Part shown: positions 44,703 through 58,681 of the stretch, piece by piece | Numbering within the stretch: position 1 is the first letter of the stretch | Layout: the number at the start of each line of letters is the position of its first letter | Origin: Amphiscolops sp. MND2022 | Lineage: Eukaryota | DNA: 64,000 nt | Direction of reading: 5' to 3' | Assembly: GCA_964187785.1 (NCBI GenBank) | Contig: OZ076420.1 | Span: 6,386,001-6,450,000, forward strand | Notes under the pieces: generated by a model | The model's database searches: none | Seen by the model: only the letters and a program-made list of their open reading frames with translations | Told to the model about the DNA's origin: nothing | Position numbers and translations under genes: made by a program

Positions 44703-45204
44703 GTCGGCTCTATAACTAAAACTCAAAAATCAAAAAGCGCGAAGATTTTAGGATTGCTCAGAACGTTTTTAATGAAAAAGTTTCAGTTTCGAAACACCAT
44801 GAGGGTGCCTTTAGTGATCAGGAACGCTTCAGAAGTAAAGATATAGCGTGTTCGAACAAATTCGAGCGCTTTTTCTCGATCCTACGCCTCGTCCTCGGTA
44901 AAACGCAAATTTCGTCGGATATAACGTCAAACGTTCGGATACAGTGCTTTACTCCGGATATTGCGTCAAAATTTCAAAGAATGATAGTTTATTTGACAGA
45001 GGAGACCTTTTGGGCTTTTTCGAACTTCAGTTTGCTTCAAAATATCAAAAAGTTTGAAGGGGGACTCTTTGAAGACAAAAAAACTCGAAGGGCCCTATAG
45101 TTTCGTCCGGTTTTGTATCTTACGTTAAAAATGGAGTAAATGAATAGGAGGACCCTTTGCACTAACTTAGATGCGTTTCCGCTTGCGGTCCAGTAGTTTA
45201 GTAA

Positions 45205-48200
45205 TTAGTTTAGGAATTAGATTAGTTTTGTTAAGGAACCATTGTTGCTAACCTAGATTTAACATACAGTTTGGCATAAAACAGAAATCAGTACTGACAT
45301 TGTCTTTACTTACCAAGCAGAAATAGAACATGGCGCAGTCAGCACTCTGATTTGCATTGATTTTTATCGAAACAAAGAAACAATGACACAAGAAGCAACA
45401 CAACTTGAGGTGCCGAACTTTGAAGCAACAGACGGAAAGAAACTCTTCACACCGAAACAATGGCTTGAGCGATTCCGGCAGTATACAAAACGGAAATATA
45501 AAACGGACATTGCGAAACTAATCCGGGGAGAAGAATTGACACAAACAGACTGGGCCACAAAAAAAAACAGATACAAGGCGATTTTGTATGGGGGTATTGG
45601 CCCAGAAGCCCTTTACCAAATGGCAAGAGCAGAGTACAAGACCGAGCCGGACAAAATCGCAATTAAAGAATTAATTCGGTTATTCAACGAGTACTTCCTA
45701 CCAAAAAGAAATACATACCACAACCGGGGAGAATTCTTCTCGACTAAACAAGCTGAATCCGAAACACCGGAAGACTTCTGGCGGAGATTGATAGAAATTG
45801 AAAAAGAATGCAACTTCGAAAACATAACAGCTGAAGAATTACTCATTTCCAAAATTATGACCGCAAATACGGACAAGAAACTTCGAGACAAAATAATGAA
45901 AGAAAAGAAACCCGACAAGAAGAAAGCAAAAAAAAATGACCAAACAGAAGACATACGAAAAGAAAAATAATAAAAACACAATACCGAAGCATTAATATCA
46001 AACCGAAAAAACGAAATCAAAGAAGAACCAATACAGAGAATGGACAAATTCAATACACGACCGAGATATAAATTTAACAACAACAGACCATGCAGATTTT
46101 GCAACGCACCAAACTGGAGTCAAACCCGCAAATTCCCAGCACTGGGCCAGACATGCTATAACTGCGGAAAGAAAGACCACTTTGCACGGGCATGCAGACA
46201 AAAGGAAAGCTACAAACGCAAAGTTCGGAATGTAACCCAGACTGAAAACTCAACAATTGGTGAAGAAAGTAACGAATCAGAGTCGAGTATTTATAGAATT
46301 GAAAGAATAAACAGAATCGTGGACAAAAACAATTATTTACCAACGACGGTGAAAATCAACGGAACGGAGGAAGAATTTATAATAGACACCGGATCACCAA
46401 TATCGATAATGCCGGCGGACAACACAATAAAGAAAGACACCGAAATTCAAAACGAGTGGCTAAAAAAATTAAACTAACAATTCGAAACATCCGATTGGAC
46501 GAGAACAGCCAATCAGAAAAGAGACAGAATGTAGAGAAATTCCAGGACTTGTTCAGAAATAATACGACTGTAAAAGATGCCGAAATAAACATACAATTGA
46601 AACCGGGACATTATCCGGTAAAACAAAAAGCAAGACCAAACAAGTAGATGAAGATTGCACTGTGTCACCGGTAGTAATAACCATAAGGAGCGACAAGTCT
46701 GTAAAAATAGCTTTAGACTCACGAAAATTGAACGACAGCTGCATTAAAGTTCGACCACACATGCTGAACTTGGAAGAATTGCTGAATCAAATTTCGGTAG
46801 AGGTAACAAAAGACCGAACGAAAAAATTAATGATGTCAAAGATAGACCTTGACTATGCATACGGTCAAATTATGCTATCAATAGAAACAAGCAGTGAATG
46901 TGTATTTGCAATCACCGGGGGAAACTTCAGCAGCTACTACCGATTTAAAACCAGATTTTACGGATTAGCCGACAAAGCCACAAGTTTCCAAGAAAAAATT
47001 GATCAAACATTGGAATATTGCACACCCGCATGGGTAGACGATATTATAGTAGCAACTCGGGGGACCGAAAAGACCACGAAAAGAAGTTGTTCGATGTATT
47101 GAGGAAATTGGAAATGGCCGGTTATAGAGCAAGTGAGAAGAAATCCGAATTCTTTCAAAACCAAATGAAATGGCTTGGTAATGAAATAGATGAAGACGGG
47201 ATAAAACCGAACAAAGAAAAAGTTAAAGCAATATTGGATTTGAAACACCCGGAAAATCCGAAACAACTAAAATCATTTTTCGGGGCAATACAATGTTTGG
47301 CTATACTCCTTCCGAGACTGTCAGAAAACTGACAAACTACGAAAACTACTGAAGAAAAATACTGAATGGAAATGGGAAACGGAACACCAAAATGATTTCG
47401 ATATGATCAAGAAAATGCTAAACGAAGAACCGGCACTGGCACCTTACGCAGAAGACAAAGATAACATGGTAACAACCGATGCCAGCAGAACCTTCTCGGA
47501 ATAACATTATGGCAAAAACAAGCAGACGGAGAATTAAAACCGAAAGCGTTCGGTAGTAGATTTCTCAACGACAGCGAAAAAAATTGTTCAATTGGAGAAC
47601 TCGAGATATTAGCAGTTGTATGGGGTTTAGAAAAATTCCGTTTTTGTTTATACGAAAAAAGGTGTTCCTATACACCGACCACCAAGCATTAGAACCCCTA
47701 ATTAAACGAAATAGATGCAACAAACAATACAGCGCAAGACTAACCAGATGGTTAGACCGGCTAGCACATTTTGATATTTCAATATAGCATATAGCCGGAA
47801 GCACCTTGAAAATCACAGACTTCCTAAGCCTCAATCCGGTAGAGGGCGCCACGACCGAAAACATGTATGATGAACAATACGTAATAAACATTCTCACGGA
47901 ACAAGCCGAATTGAATTTGAAATACGGAAGAGTTTTTACGAACCAATTACAGCGCACACCGAACACAAAAACCACGCACGACTGTAAATCGAATAGCCAA
48001 TCAGAAACAAAAAGAACATTCGAGAAGAGCCGACACGTGAACAAAACAAACGAACGAACGGAATCCAGTCCAAACAGTGACGCGATAAAATTCAAACGCC
48101 AAGAAACTTGGACCGTGATTATTTTAATTGGGGCGCAACCGCCGAAATCATGCAAATTATTCAAAGAAGAGAAAAGAGTCCGGAAACACGAAGGCTAGTC

Positions 48201-50647
48201 GAGAGAAAATTGGAGACCGCCAGACCGGGCACAATGAGAAGACGCTATGATCAGAACGCTCAACGAAGGGAAGAAATTCCTGAAATAGACTGACAACTGA
48301 TACAGCGTGCAAACAGGCTGGGGGGAGGCTACCAACCCCTCCAAGAAATTGTAGAAGAACAGGACCGAATTCAGATGGAAGAACGATCACCGGAAGAACA
48401 ATTGAATAAACCCCGAAAGTGAACGACAGAGCCAAATCATACGCGGAAACAATCTACCAATTGTCGACCTAAAAAATTACAACACAGAAGGAAAAGAAGC
48501 GCACTACGTGCAAATCAACCAAATAATCGGAGTAGTCACCGAAGGAAAGAAAGCTACCGAAGAGACAATTAAAAAAGCGGAAATGGACTTCATGCTGGAC
48601 CTGAAAAGTCTAATTGCAAAATCGGCAAGGGACGCCAAATTAAACCGAATCAAACTAGCACTAACCAGAGAAGATCGCAGCATGGCGTCGGAACATTACC
48701 GACATTAATTCGAAAAGATCTCAACCAAAATGGGGATTAACCTTTGTAAATGACACAATTATCGTTCCAACCGAGCTCCGAAAGAAGCTATTGGATACTT
48801 TACACTTTGGACATGCGGGAACCACCAAGATGACAGCCGAGGTAAAAATCTTCTGGTGGCCGAATATTAACCAAGACATCGAAGACAAAGTCAAAAGTTG
48901 TATAGTCTGCCTATCATCTGGTAGGAATTTAAAATACCAAATACCGAAAAACGAGAGCGGAAAATAAAAAACACTTACCGAACCGGGACAAGAAATCCAA
49001 ATTGATTTCACCGGAAAATTACACAACAAAAAATTGAACGGAGAGAATCAGCTACTAATTGCGGTAGACAGATTTAGCAAAAGGCCGACTGTAAAAATTT
49101 GCAAAACATCCGAAACGAAAGAAGTGAATAATTTCCTGAAACAAAACATTAATTTGTACGGAATACCGGAAAATATCAAATCGGACAAAGGCGGAGCATT
49201 TATCTCAACAGATTACATTGAATTCTGTAAATCGAAAAACATCGAAGTAGAAAACTGCACACCAAAAATACATACCGGTACGGGGGCAGTAGAACCCGTA
49301 TTCCAAACCATGAAGAATTTAATAGTGGCCAAATTGGAAGATAATTTATGCCTGACCGAATGCGTGAATAGAGCATTAAAAGTAATGCGATTCACAATAC
49401 ACACCGGATTAAAATTAAAACCGATCGAATTACATCACGGCAAGAAACCGCGAACCGAAATAACCAATCTGGTTAAAGATGGTAAATCATTCCTCTCTGA
49501 TTGGACCGAACTATCTGTTTCAGCTGAGAAAGCCAAAAATCCTAATCAATGTATCGAGATATGAAGAAGAGGATATTACAAATTACCTGGTCATGGCGAA
49601 GACCAAAGCCGAGGAAAAGGCGGTGGACAAACAACCGAATAGGAAAAATTCGTTTAGTAAATATGCCTTTAAATTTGTAGAAAAAAACTAGAATGGAAAA
49701 TCACTAGAAGGGAAGTTTCAAAAGAAAATCCAAACCGCAGTAAGCGGAACCGAACATACCGTAACCACCGAGAGTGGAAAAGTAATTCACCGAAAACACA
49801 TTTCGGGACCAATTGTATTTCAGACCGAAAAGAAGAAAGAACGGGCACCACAAATCGGAGACAAAATCACACCGAAGAACCGACATTGCCTCCGGGGCGT
49901 CGAAGGGAAATATATTCAGTGGATTGAAATACTTTGCGACATACTGAATGGAAAACTGGAAATTATCCAGAACCGGACACTCAAATCCGAATCGGAGTCA
50001 GAAAGTGAAGAAGGCAAAATTGACGAGGAAAGTGACTTCGAGATGGAAAATCCGCATACGTCCGAAATGAACGGGTACAATCCGATCAACACAAACCCCG
50101 AAGACGAATTGAAACTGCATACCGACGGTGAAATGTCTACCGGTTAGAACGAAATCAAATATTTAGAAACCGAAAAATCATCTGTTAGAAGATCAGACCG
50201 AAATGTCTGCAAGCGAATTTATACGGGGGGAGTACGATATACTAAAAACTTCTGGGTATGATAATAAAAAAAAATGCTCTGTTTCAGGATCTAACCGAAA
50301 TAGTTTAATATCAGCACTACCGAAACCAGCTGACTTTGAAAGAGAAGTGAGCCCGATGCCAGGAACTTCCACGATGCGAAAGAGAAGCCCAGAAGGGGGG
50401 AATGTCATACGGTGAAGTACCGTGTCCGAATTATTCGGTTCAATGAAGTGCCAATCAAACTGAAAAAGAACATTTACCAACAACTATAATTGTTTCTCTT
50501 TTTGTTTATACATATTTATATACATATGTATACTAGATTAGTTTCGTTAAGGAATCATTGTTGCTAACCTAGATTTACCATTCAGTTTGGCATAAAACAG
50601 AAATCAGTACTGACATTGTTTTCATCTTACCAAGCAGAAATAGAACA
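45205..50647 (+). mobile_element. Ty3/Gypsy LTR retrotransposon with both LTRs (5' LTR truncated), frameshifted
   Basis: 5' LTR remnant ends at 45330, PBS TGGCGCAGTC (tRNA-Ser-type); gag 45383 with CYNCGKKDHFARAC knuckle; protease IDTGS; RT WVDD; RNase H TTDAS; integrase HFGHAG..C..C, IDFTG, SDKGG; PPT AGAAGGGGGGAA; 3' LTR 50403-50647. Confidence 0.93.
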
Positions 50648-50655
50648 ACGATGCT

Positions 50656-53632
50656 AAAATACGAAACAATAGAACAATACATTTCTTTTTTCTCACAGAC
50701 AGTAGGCTACCAAACGTTTTCGCACAATTTTTTTCGATCAACGCGGTTAACAAGAGACGAAAACGTTAAAGTTCATTTTGACAAACCTTTCGAGCGGATC
50801 AGTCAGATTGAAACAACCAATTCATTTTCAAGAACGTCCGTGAACATTTCATTTAATTTTTCTATCGGCGGTGCTGTTCATGGAGCCCAGTTTTACTCAT
50901 TGGAAAACCGGATACGTTGAATTGATTCGGAAGAATTGATTGTTGAAAAACACTCTTAGGTTTTTGAAATTTCACAGGTAAAAGTTCATGTTTAAAAAAT
51001 TGTTTCCCCATGGTGGAATGAAACAGATGAAACAGGGGACGCTAGAGCAACTGTTTTATCCTGTTTGTGAGACATTTGAGATGGGTAAAAATTTCGAATG
51101 CTTGGTCAAACTCAGGACTAAAAAATGAACAAAAACAGTGCATTGCAATTGAATTCATCAAATAGGGTGAATTGATGGAATACCGTCTGGATAAAGACAT
51201 GCTGAAATTCTAAACATTGAATCATTGATTCCCACAAAAATCTTCCTAGCTAAAAGTTGGAGAAATCTTTGAAATACTAGATGTGTGTAAACGTTTTGTA
51301 GCGCATTGTATTTTTGATTCCAAAGAATTGTGTGTTTAAAAAGTTGCTCGTACTTTTTCAATTTGGAACTTCAATCCCAAAGGCTTTAGTAAATTCAAAA
51401 CGTTTCTGATACAAATCCACTGCAACAACTGTTTTTACTCAAAAAGAGAAACGAATGGAACCAAAAGTTTGAAAGAAAACGAACCACAAACTTTCTTGGC
51501 TAGTCAAACTTTGACCATTAATTAGTAATGATTCAAAAACTTACAATTCAACCAGACCGTTCAACATATCAATTTGTATTAGCAATCTCAAAAAGTGTCA
51601 AAAATTTGTAAACACCCCAATTTGAAGACATCCCAAAAACTAGATGGGATAAAAACATCTCTGAGAAAAGAGATGATGTCTGATTTGACAAAAATCCTAG
51701 CTGAGAACCAAAGGAGATGTTGAGATTTATAGCTCCTGCTGTTAAGAAACCAACAATCCGCCAGAATGTAGAAGACTCAGACTCTGAAACGGAAAATACT
51801 CGAAGGGGGACCCTATAATTTCGTCCGGTTTTGTATCTTACGTTAAAAATGAAGTAAATGAATAGGGGGACCCTTTGCACTAACTTAGATGCGTTTCCGC
51901 TTGCGGTCCAGTAGTTTAGTAATTCTGTGTCCACTACGCAAACATTCTGTTATCTCACGAAAAAACTACTCGGTGTAAAATTCCGGCTTTTTTCCTTGAC
52001 GGAAAATGCGCCGACTAAACATACCACAGTTCCACTACGCGTTTATGATTTCATACTTTTTTGACAAAATTTGATTTGAAATACTGCTACGATGCTAACC
52101 CTAGGTTACAGGAATCACAAATGTTGCAAAATTCTTCCGAAGTGTTTGCCAACTTTGCATTTCTTACAAGAATCTTACAAGTTTGTACAAGAATCGCAAA
52201 TTTTGCAAATTTGTTACAATGTTGAACATTTCTTACAAGATTCTGATAACATTTTTGCAAAAATTGCATTTTTGGGTTAAAAAATTCTTACAAAAATTGC
52301 AATGTGTAATTTTCGACTAAAAATTCGTTCAAGACGGTAACATTCGTTCAATTCTGTGTCTTTTTTGAATAACATTTGGTTTAAAGGTCTGGTTTTAAAA
52401 GTGATCTCAAACAGGGTTACCTTAATAACCCGGGTGGCATTAAGGATGCTTTTCTGCACCGCGTTTCCTGAAGCCGCTTGTAGATAGGATTTTGATTTAT
52501 GGATTTTGGGTTAGATTAGATTAAATTTTAGATTAAAATGGTCCAGATTTAGAAGATGGTCAAAAACTTTTAGATGGAAATGATCCAGATTTGAATGAAT
52601 AATCGATGGAATATCTTAAATTTATTTTGAAATTCGAAACAATAGAACAATACAATTCTTTTTTTCTCACATACCGTAGGCTACCAAAGGTTTGTGCACA
52701 GTTTTTTTTTCGATCAACGCAGTTAACAAGAGACGAAAACGTTGAAGTTCATTTTGACAAACCTTTCGAACGGATTCTAGTCAGATTGAAACAACTAATT
52801 CATTTTCAAGAACGTTCGTGAACATTTCACTTAATTTTTGTATCGGCGGTGCTCTTCATAGAGCCCAGCTTTACTCATTGGAAAACCGGATACGTTGAAT
52901 TGATTCGAAACAATTCAATGACACCAATCTTCATATTTATTTTTGAACATGGCAGAGCTTTTTTTGAAGGTCAGTATTAAGTTTTCCAAACTCTTTCGCC
53001 CCGGTCTGACAATCGTGTCAGAATCGACTTAAATGCCCTCGTTTTTCAGCAAAAACGGCTGGAAGATAATCCGAACGTAAGATGCTAGGAATAGTTTGCA
53101 ACGACCAGAATTAGTCCAAACTCAGGACTAAAAATATAAACAAAAACAGTGCATTGAAATTGAATTCATCAAATAGAGTACCACTGGAATAACGTCTGGA
53201 TCAAGACATGCTGAAATTCTAATCATTGAATCATTGATTCCCGCAAAAAACATCCCAGCTAAAAGTTGGAGAAATCTTTGAAATACTAGATTTGTGTAAA
53301 CGTTTTGTAGCGCATTGTATTTTTGATTCCAAAGAACTGTGTGTTTAAAAAGTTGCACGTACTTTTTCAATTTGGAACGTTGTTGTGAAAAGAGATGTTG
53401 AGATTTATAGCTCCTGCTGTTAAGAAACCAACAATCTGCCAGAATGTAGAAGACTCAGACTCTGAAACGGAAAATACTCGAAGGGGGACCCTATAGTTTC
53501 GTCCGGTTTTGTATCTTACGTTAAAAATGAAGTAAATGAATAGGGGGACCCTTTTCACTAACTTAGATGCATTTCCGCTTGCGGTCCAGTAGTTTAGTAA
53601 TTCTGTGTCCACTACGCAAACATTCTGTTATC
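50656..53632. repeat. Imperfect local segmental duplication (50656-51954 vs 52630-53632)
   Basis: Three collinear shared blocks (50656-50930/52630-52908; 51107-51368/53117-53378; 51710-51954/53390-53632), including a gag-like fragment KEMLRFIAPAVKKPT fused to a HINE piece. Confidence 0.9.
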
Positions 53633-54159
53633 AATCATAGTTTCTTTTTGGTACCATAGTGTATAACTTGGCTGCAGCTTTATTCAGATAGAAATAAACG
53701 TTTGTTTTTAGTCGGAGCGTTTTCCTTTAAAGGAGAAATATCCGACTTTTACAGTGACCTTTTTTTGCCCTAAGATCTCAGACCTCACACTGATGGGTCC
53801 ACTTTTTACAGAAACTACTAAAACTACTCAGGCCAAGTCCGGCCGAGGCAAACTTAGTGCAAAGGGTCCCCATTTCATTTTTTAATTTTTAAGGTAACCT
53901 ACAAAACCAGACATGACTAAAGGGTCCCCCTTTCGATTTTTTTCGGCACTGTGCGACTTTTTTCGAAAAGTTTTTAATGTCTCGAAAGGGTCCCCCTTCG
54001 AGATTTTTTGATATTTTGCAACAGAATGTTAGTTAATAAATCCCAAAGGGTCCCCCTTTTTGCATTTTTTGAAACTATGCAAAAAATGAAAAAAATTGGC
54101 TCACTCCTTGATTTGTTTCTAATTTTCTCACTGCGATAGTCTTCGGGATTATTTTCCGG

Positions 54160-55080
54160 TGTCTCAGCTGGAACGTTCTATCTATTTTGTGTCACATGTC
54201 CAGATCCGGCCTTCAGGGCATTTTGTGTTTGAGGCAATATCTGATTGCTTATTGTATCACTAATTGCCCTCTGGATCTGGGTATTAACACTACTCATCAT
54301 CTCATCCGTTTCTCTAGATAACCTCGAATTTAACTCACTTGACATTTTGTTGAGCTCAGCATTTGAGTTAGCACTTTTAGAATTTTGTCCGGGATCGGCA
54401 TCATTACCAAATCCCTTTTTTCTATGATTCAAGTACAGGTTTTCTTCATTGTTTTTAAACATATTGCTATTGGCACTTTCGGGCCTTCTAACTAAATTGC
54501 TATTTACACTTTCTTCTCTCTCCGAGTGTCTTTCACCTAACATTATGTCTAGGTTTTCTATATCTGAGAGCATTTCTAGTCCGTTAGACTTTCTTGCCTT
54601 TTTCTAATTTCTTGTAGTAGGCATTGATAAAATCCGAGCAGAAACACTTGAAATATTTGATATCGGAAAATTTAACAGTGAAACTGTTTGTAAGAGGTTA
54701 TTTTTATCAGAGTATGCAAATTCAATAAGTGTCCCTCTCAGGCGAGATACCAAAATATACACCCCTGAGAAGGTGACCCCCACACTTTTTACATTTTCTA
54801 ACCAAGAATAAATCATATGATATATGGTGGTTGCAATCCTAATAAGTCATACGACCATCATCATCAAAGTGGCATCAAAATATTTTCAACAGCAAGCGAG
54901 AGGTTTTCGTGACATCAAATGAATACCCTAAAACCATCGGTCATGAGGATTAATCACATCAAAACAACAATAACAAAATGCGGAAATATAAGTATTCATG
55001 GTAGGCACGCGCTGGCACGCGTGACTCAATAGGCTACACTATATCAACTGAACTGCGAATTTCATGCAATAGAAAATATA
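54160..55080 (-). mobile_element. LTR retrotransposon 5' fragment (LTR/PBS/gag N-terminus)
   Basis: MPTTR...LEMLSDIENLDIMLGE...ISNQILPQ gag-like coiled segment preceded by a TGGTATC PBS-like site near 54745; truncated by a HINE. Confidence 0.55.
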
Positions 55081-57339
55081 CTAAAACTGCCTGAATGGGG
55101 TGATTGACACATCAATCTATTAAAATTGAGGGCCGGTTTTGGTTCAAGTACTGAAATGACAGTGATGGACTGCATAATTAGTTTCCAATTCAAACATTAG
55201 CATCTACCGGATTTCAATGAATTGGCACACATTAGGGCTTTTATACCAAAAAATAACACACTACTAAGATAATTCAACTACAGTACAGTTATGGCCGGAG
55301 TCGGCCATTTGCCTATTGTCTTGTACAGCAGATACGTCATCGCGTCAAACGGCCATATCTGGCCAACAAAATTAATAATGCACATAGCACAGTAAATGAG
55401 ATTTCATTGGTCGATATAATGAGCTCAAGTGACGTCTCCGGATTTGAAGTTTCGTTCACTTGAACTCGTTTCCTTTCAACTGCTAGCTTGTACACTGTTA
55501 TAACTGGATTGAATATTTTATAGCATTACAAATCTGAATACATTAGCCACCTATATCAACATTGAATGTGGACATTAACAGACTAATACTATAACGCAAT
55601 AAAAATGTCCAAAACGCACTCAATAAGACAAATCAGATGAAAATAGTTTGTTTAGTTTTAGTTTTAATACATAGGTAACGTGCCTGGTACTATTTCTTGT
55701 CCAGTTGCTGTGGTAATTATTCGGGTACCGTCACAGTCGGCAGCCTGCGACATAAACTTTTTACGGAACCTTTCATTCGAAATATTTGAAAGATTTGGCG
55801 TCAATTTTAAGCCTTGCAGTTTTGCAGGGTTCACTAAGAAACCGTTCTAATTTTAAATGCAACTTACTTGCTATCAATTTCTAAGTTTTATGAAAAGTGC
55901 CATGCAGGTAGGCCTTCAACATGTAAACAGTTACAGCAGTGTCAACTAGAGAATTTTCCCGGAACTTCATGAACATTCTTCACAAAAACAAATAATCGAA
56001 AAAGAGAACGCTGAAGAGCTTGAAAAAATATTCGGTCTTCCTCAAGAGTGGAGGTGGAAAAAAAGTGAATTAGACTTCAAGGGTCCCATTTTTACAATCC
56101 TACCTTCTGCAAAATGATATCTATCTCTATACTTTATACTGGTGACAATTGTATTTATAATGTACTCTCAAGAGAATACATTTAGCGAACCGTTCCTGGA
56201 ATAGCTTTCATGGGTTACCTTTTATCCACAAAAAAGAGGATTTTGTGTAATTTTTCAGTGTATCAAGTTCGTCACACGGAGAAAATTTAATAAAAATTGT
56301 ATAAAATGAATCAAAGGCATCAAATTTCAAAGAAAAAGTGTTTTTTCATCATTTTTTTGGTATTTTTTTTGATCGTCGCTCCAGCAACTTTTAGTCACGT
56401 TTGGAGATTGTGTCGAAATATCTTTCACCTTTTCCTATCTGAATTGAGTTGATGACAAACGGCTAGTTACGACCACTAGCTTTGGTTAGTTGTCCGTTTT
56501 GTTATTGAAAGTATTTCCCAGTTATGATTCCCTTTTAGGGGGCAATGCAATCGCTGACTGTGAAATGCTATGAAAGCGCAGGAAAAGTGGAAATAGAAAA
56601 ACAAGGCAAAAATAGGAGGAAAAGGATGAATTATGGATAAATATCTAATCACTAATCGGCGTTGACCCTGAGATTTTTTCGGCTGATTGGATTTCTTACC
56701 AAGGTTCGTAACCCCTAATCCACCTGCCGTCTCCTTTATTTTTCATAATATATCATCGCAAGTTGGTAACTTTAACTACTAGTTGTTATAATTATTATTG
56801 CCGGCACTAAAAGCATCACGCATCTAACGGACAGACGTTTCAAGTTTCGACGCGTTGTGAGTACTTATTGAACCTTTTTTTGACAAAACGTGAACAGCAA
56901 AAAAAGTTTTTCGGCACTATGAGACTGTTTCAAAATTCTCATTTTTGTCTGATATTAGGTTTTGTCAATATACATCCAATAATGTTTTTCAATACTATCC
57001 GAATTTTGACCTAATATTCGAAGTGAAGCGCTACATCCGAACTTTTGACGTTATATCCAAACTATATGGCGTTTTATTAAGGAGAAGGCGGAAGTTCGAA
57101 AACAGAAGTTTTTCAAGAAAACGTCCCCCGAATATTTTGAAAACTGCGCTTTTTGAGCCTTAGATATAGCGCCCACTTTAGACGTTCCCGTCATGTTCAA
57201 GTTTGTAATATCTTTCCATTCCGGTCGAAGTGATCATGAAAGTTCTAATTTTGTCTACAGAATGCTTAACATTCAAATGTTGCCAAAATTATTTGAAGAG
57301 ACCTCCCTTTCTTCTCTTGTGTTTCGTAACTTTTAAAAG

Positions 57340-57820
57340 AACAAGTCGGGAACGGCCCAAGTTGGCGCCATATCGAAGGCTGAAAAATAGCAAAAGGACT
57401 CGAAAATGTCAAAGTATTGGTGAATTGGGGACCATTTTATGAAAAAACAATTTGGGAAAAAAGTCTCACAATGCCGAAAAAAACTGAAAGGGACCTTTGG
57501 GGTTTTTCAACATCCATTCTGTCTGAGAATATCGAAAAATTGAAGGGTGGACCCTTTGGGGAGAAATTGTTTTCGAAAAAAAAACAGCCGAACAGAGTCT
57601 CACAGAGCCGAAAATACTCTAAGGGAGTACCCTTTGGCCCCGTTGAGTTTCTAAGATGATGTAAAAATACTACTTCGTAAGCTAAGTAAGAATTGTAAAA
57701 CTTGTAAGATTGTAAGAATTGTTAGAAAAGTGGACCATTCAGAGTGAGATTGTAGGCTGAAAATAAACTACCCACTGTAATAGTCGGGCTTTTTTCCTTA
57801 ACGGAAAAGGCGCCGAATAA
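57340..57820 (-). mobile_element. HINE copy, back-to-back with another copy ending at ~57197
   Basis: AACAAGTCGGGAACGGCCCAAGTTGGCGCC terminus; GGCGCCGAAT subTIR near 57808. Confidence 0.7.
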
Positions 57821-57845
57821 AAACATCTGACTCCTGGTTTGATTT

Positions 57846-58681
57846 CCCGGGTTTCCCTCCTATACAAAAACAGGTCAATCATAGTCTACCATCATACTCA
57901 CAGTATGATTCTAGGCTGATCATACTCTGGACCAAAAAGGTTTGTGGTTCCAGGCTGACCATACTTTGGACATACATGGTCCAGCAGCCTGACCATATTC
58001 TGGGCCATACATGGTTCAGTCTATGATCAGCCTGGAAGCATAAACCTTTATGGCCCAGAGTATGGTCAGCCTGGAGCCAGAAAAAGAAGATTAAGATAAT
58101 GTAGTCAATTAACGCATACACTGATGAAATTACAAGATATTCCTCAACCAAAGGTCCAATGCAATCACCAATTTGAAAACAAGGTAGCAATCTTGAATTT
58201 TTGGCAACTTTTGGCGAAATATTGGTAATTTTTCTCGAAATAATTGAAAATCACACTGCAAAGTGGGTACTGGTATAACAAAAGAGTTAGTTATTAACTA
58301 AGAAGTGGCTGAGAACAAAGTGAGCGTTTATAGTTTGTCTTTAACTCTGCTTAGAGCTTAACGGAGTTCTAACCTGCAATGTATCGTTCGCACATACAAA
58401 AGTTCGAATGTGGCACTATTGCCCTCAACCTATAAAGCTGGCTGTTCTCAATATTTGAATTTTTTGTTTGGGTTGCATGTCACGTCAACCCGCGTTTGGA
58501 ACGAAAATTTATGATTCCAGGCTGATCATACTTTGGACCGTATATGATTCCAAGCCGATCATACTCCGGACCATATACGATTCCAGGCCGGTCATGGCAA
58601 GATCATAGTGAGGAAATTTGTATGATTTGTATGGCGCCATAATATGGTCAGATTATGGTCGGCCTGGTCGGGAAACCCGGC
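57846..58681. mobile_element. CACTA/EnSpm-type MITE 1 (836 bp)
   Basis: TT|CCCGGGTTTCCC ... GGGAAACCCGGC|TT; subterminal ATGATTCCAGGCTGATCAT repeats in inverted arrays. Confidence 0.7.
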
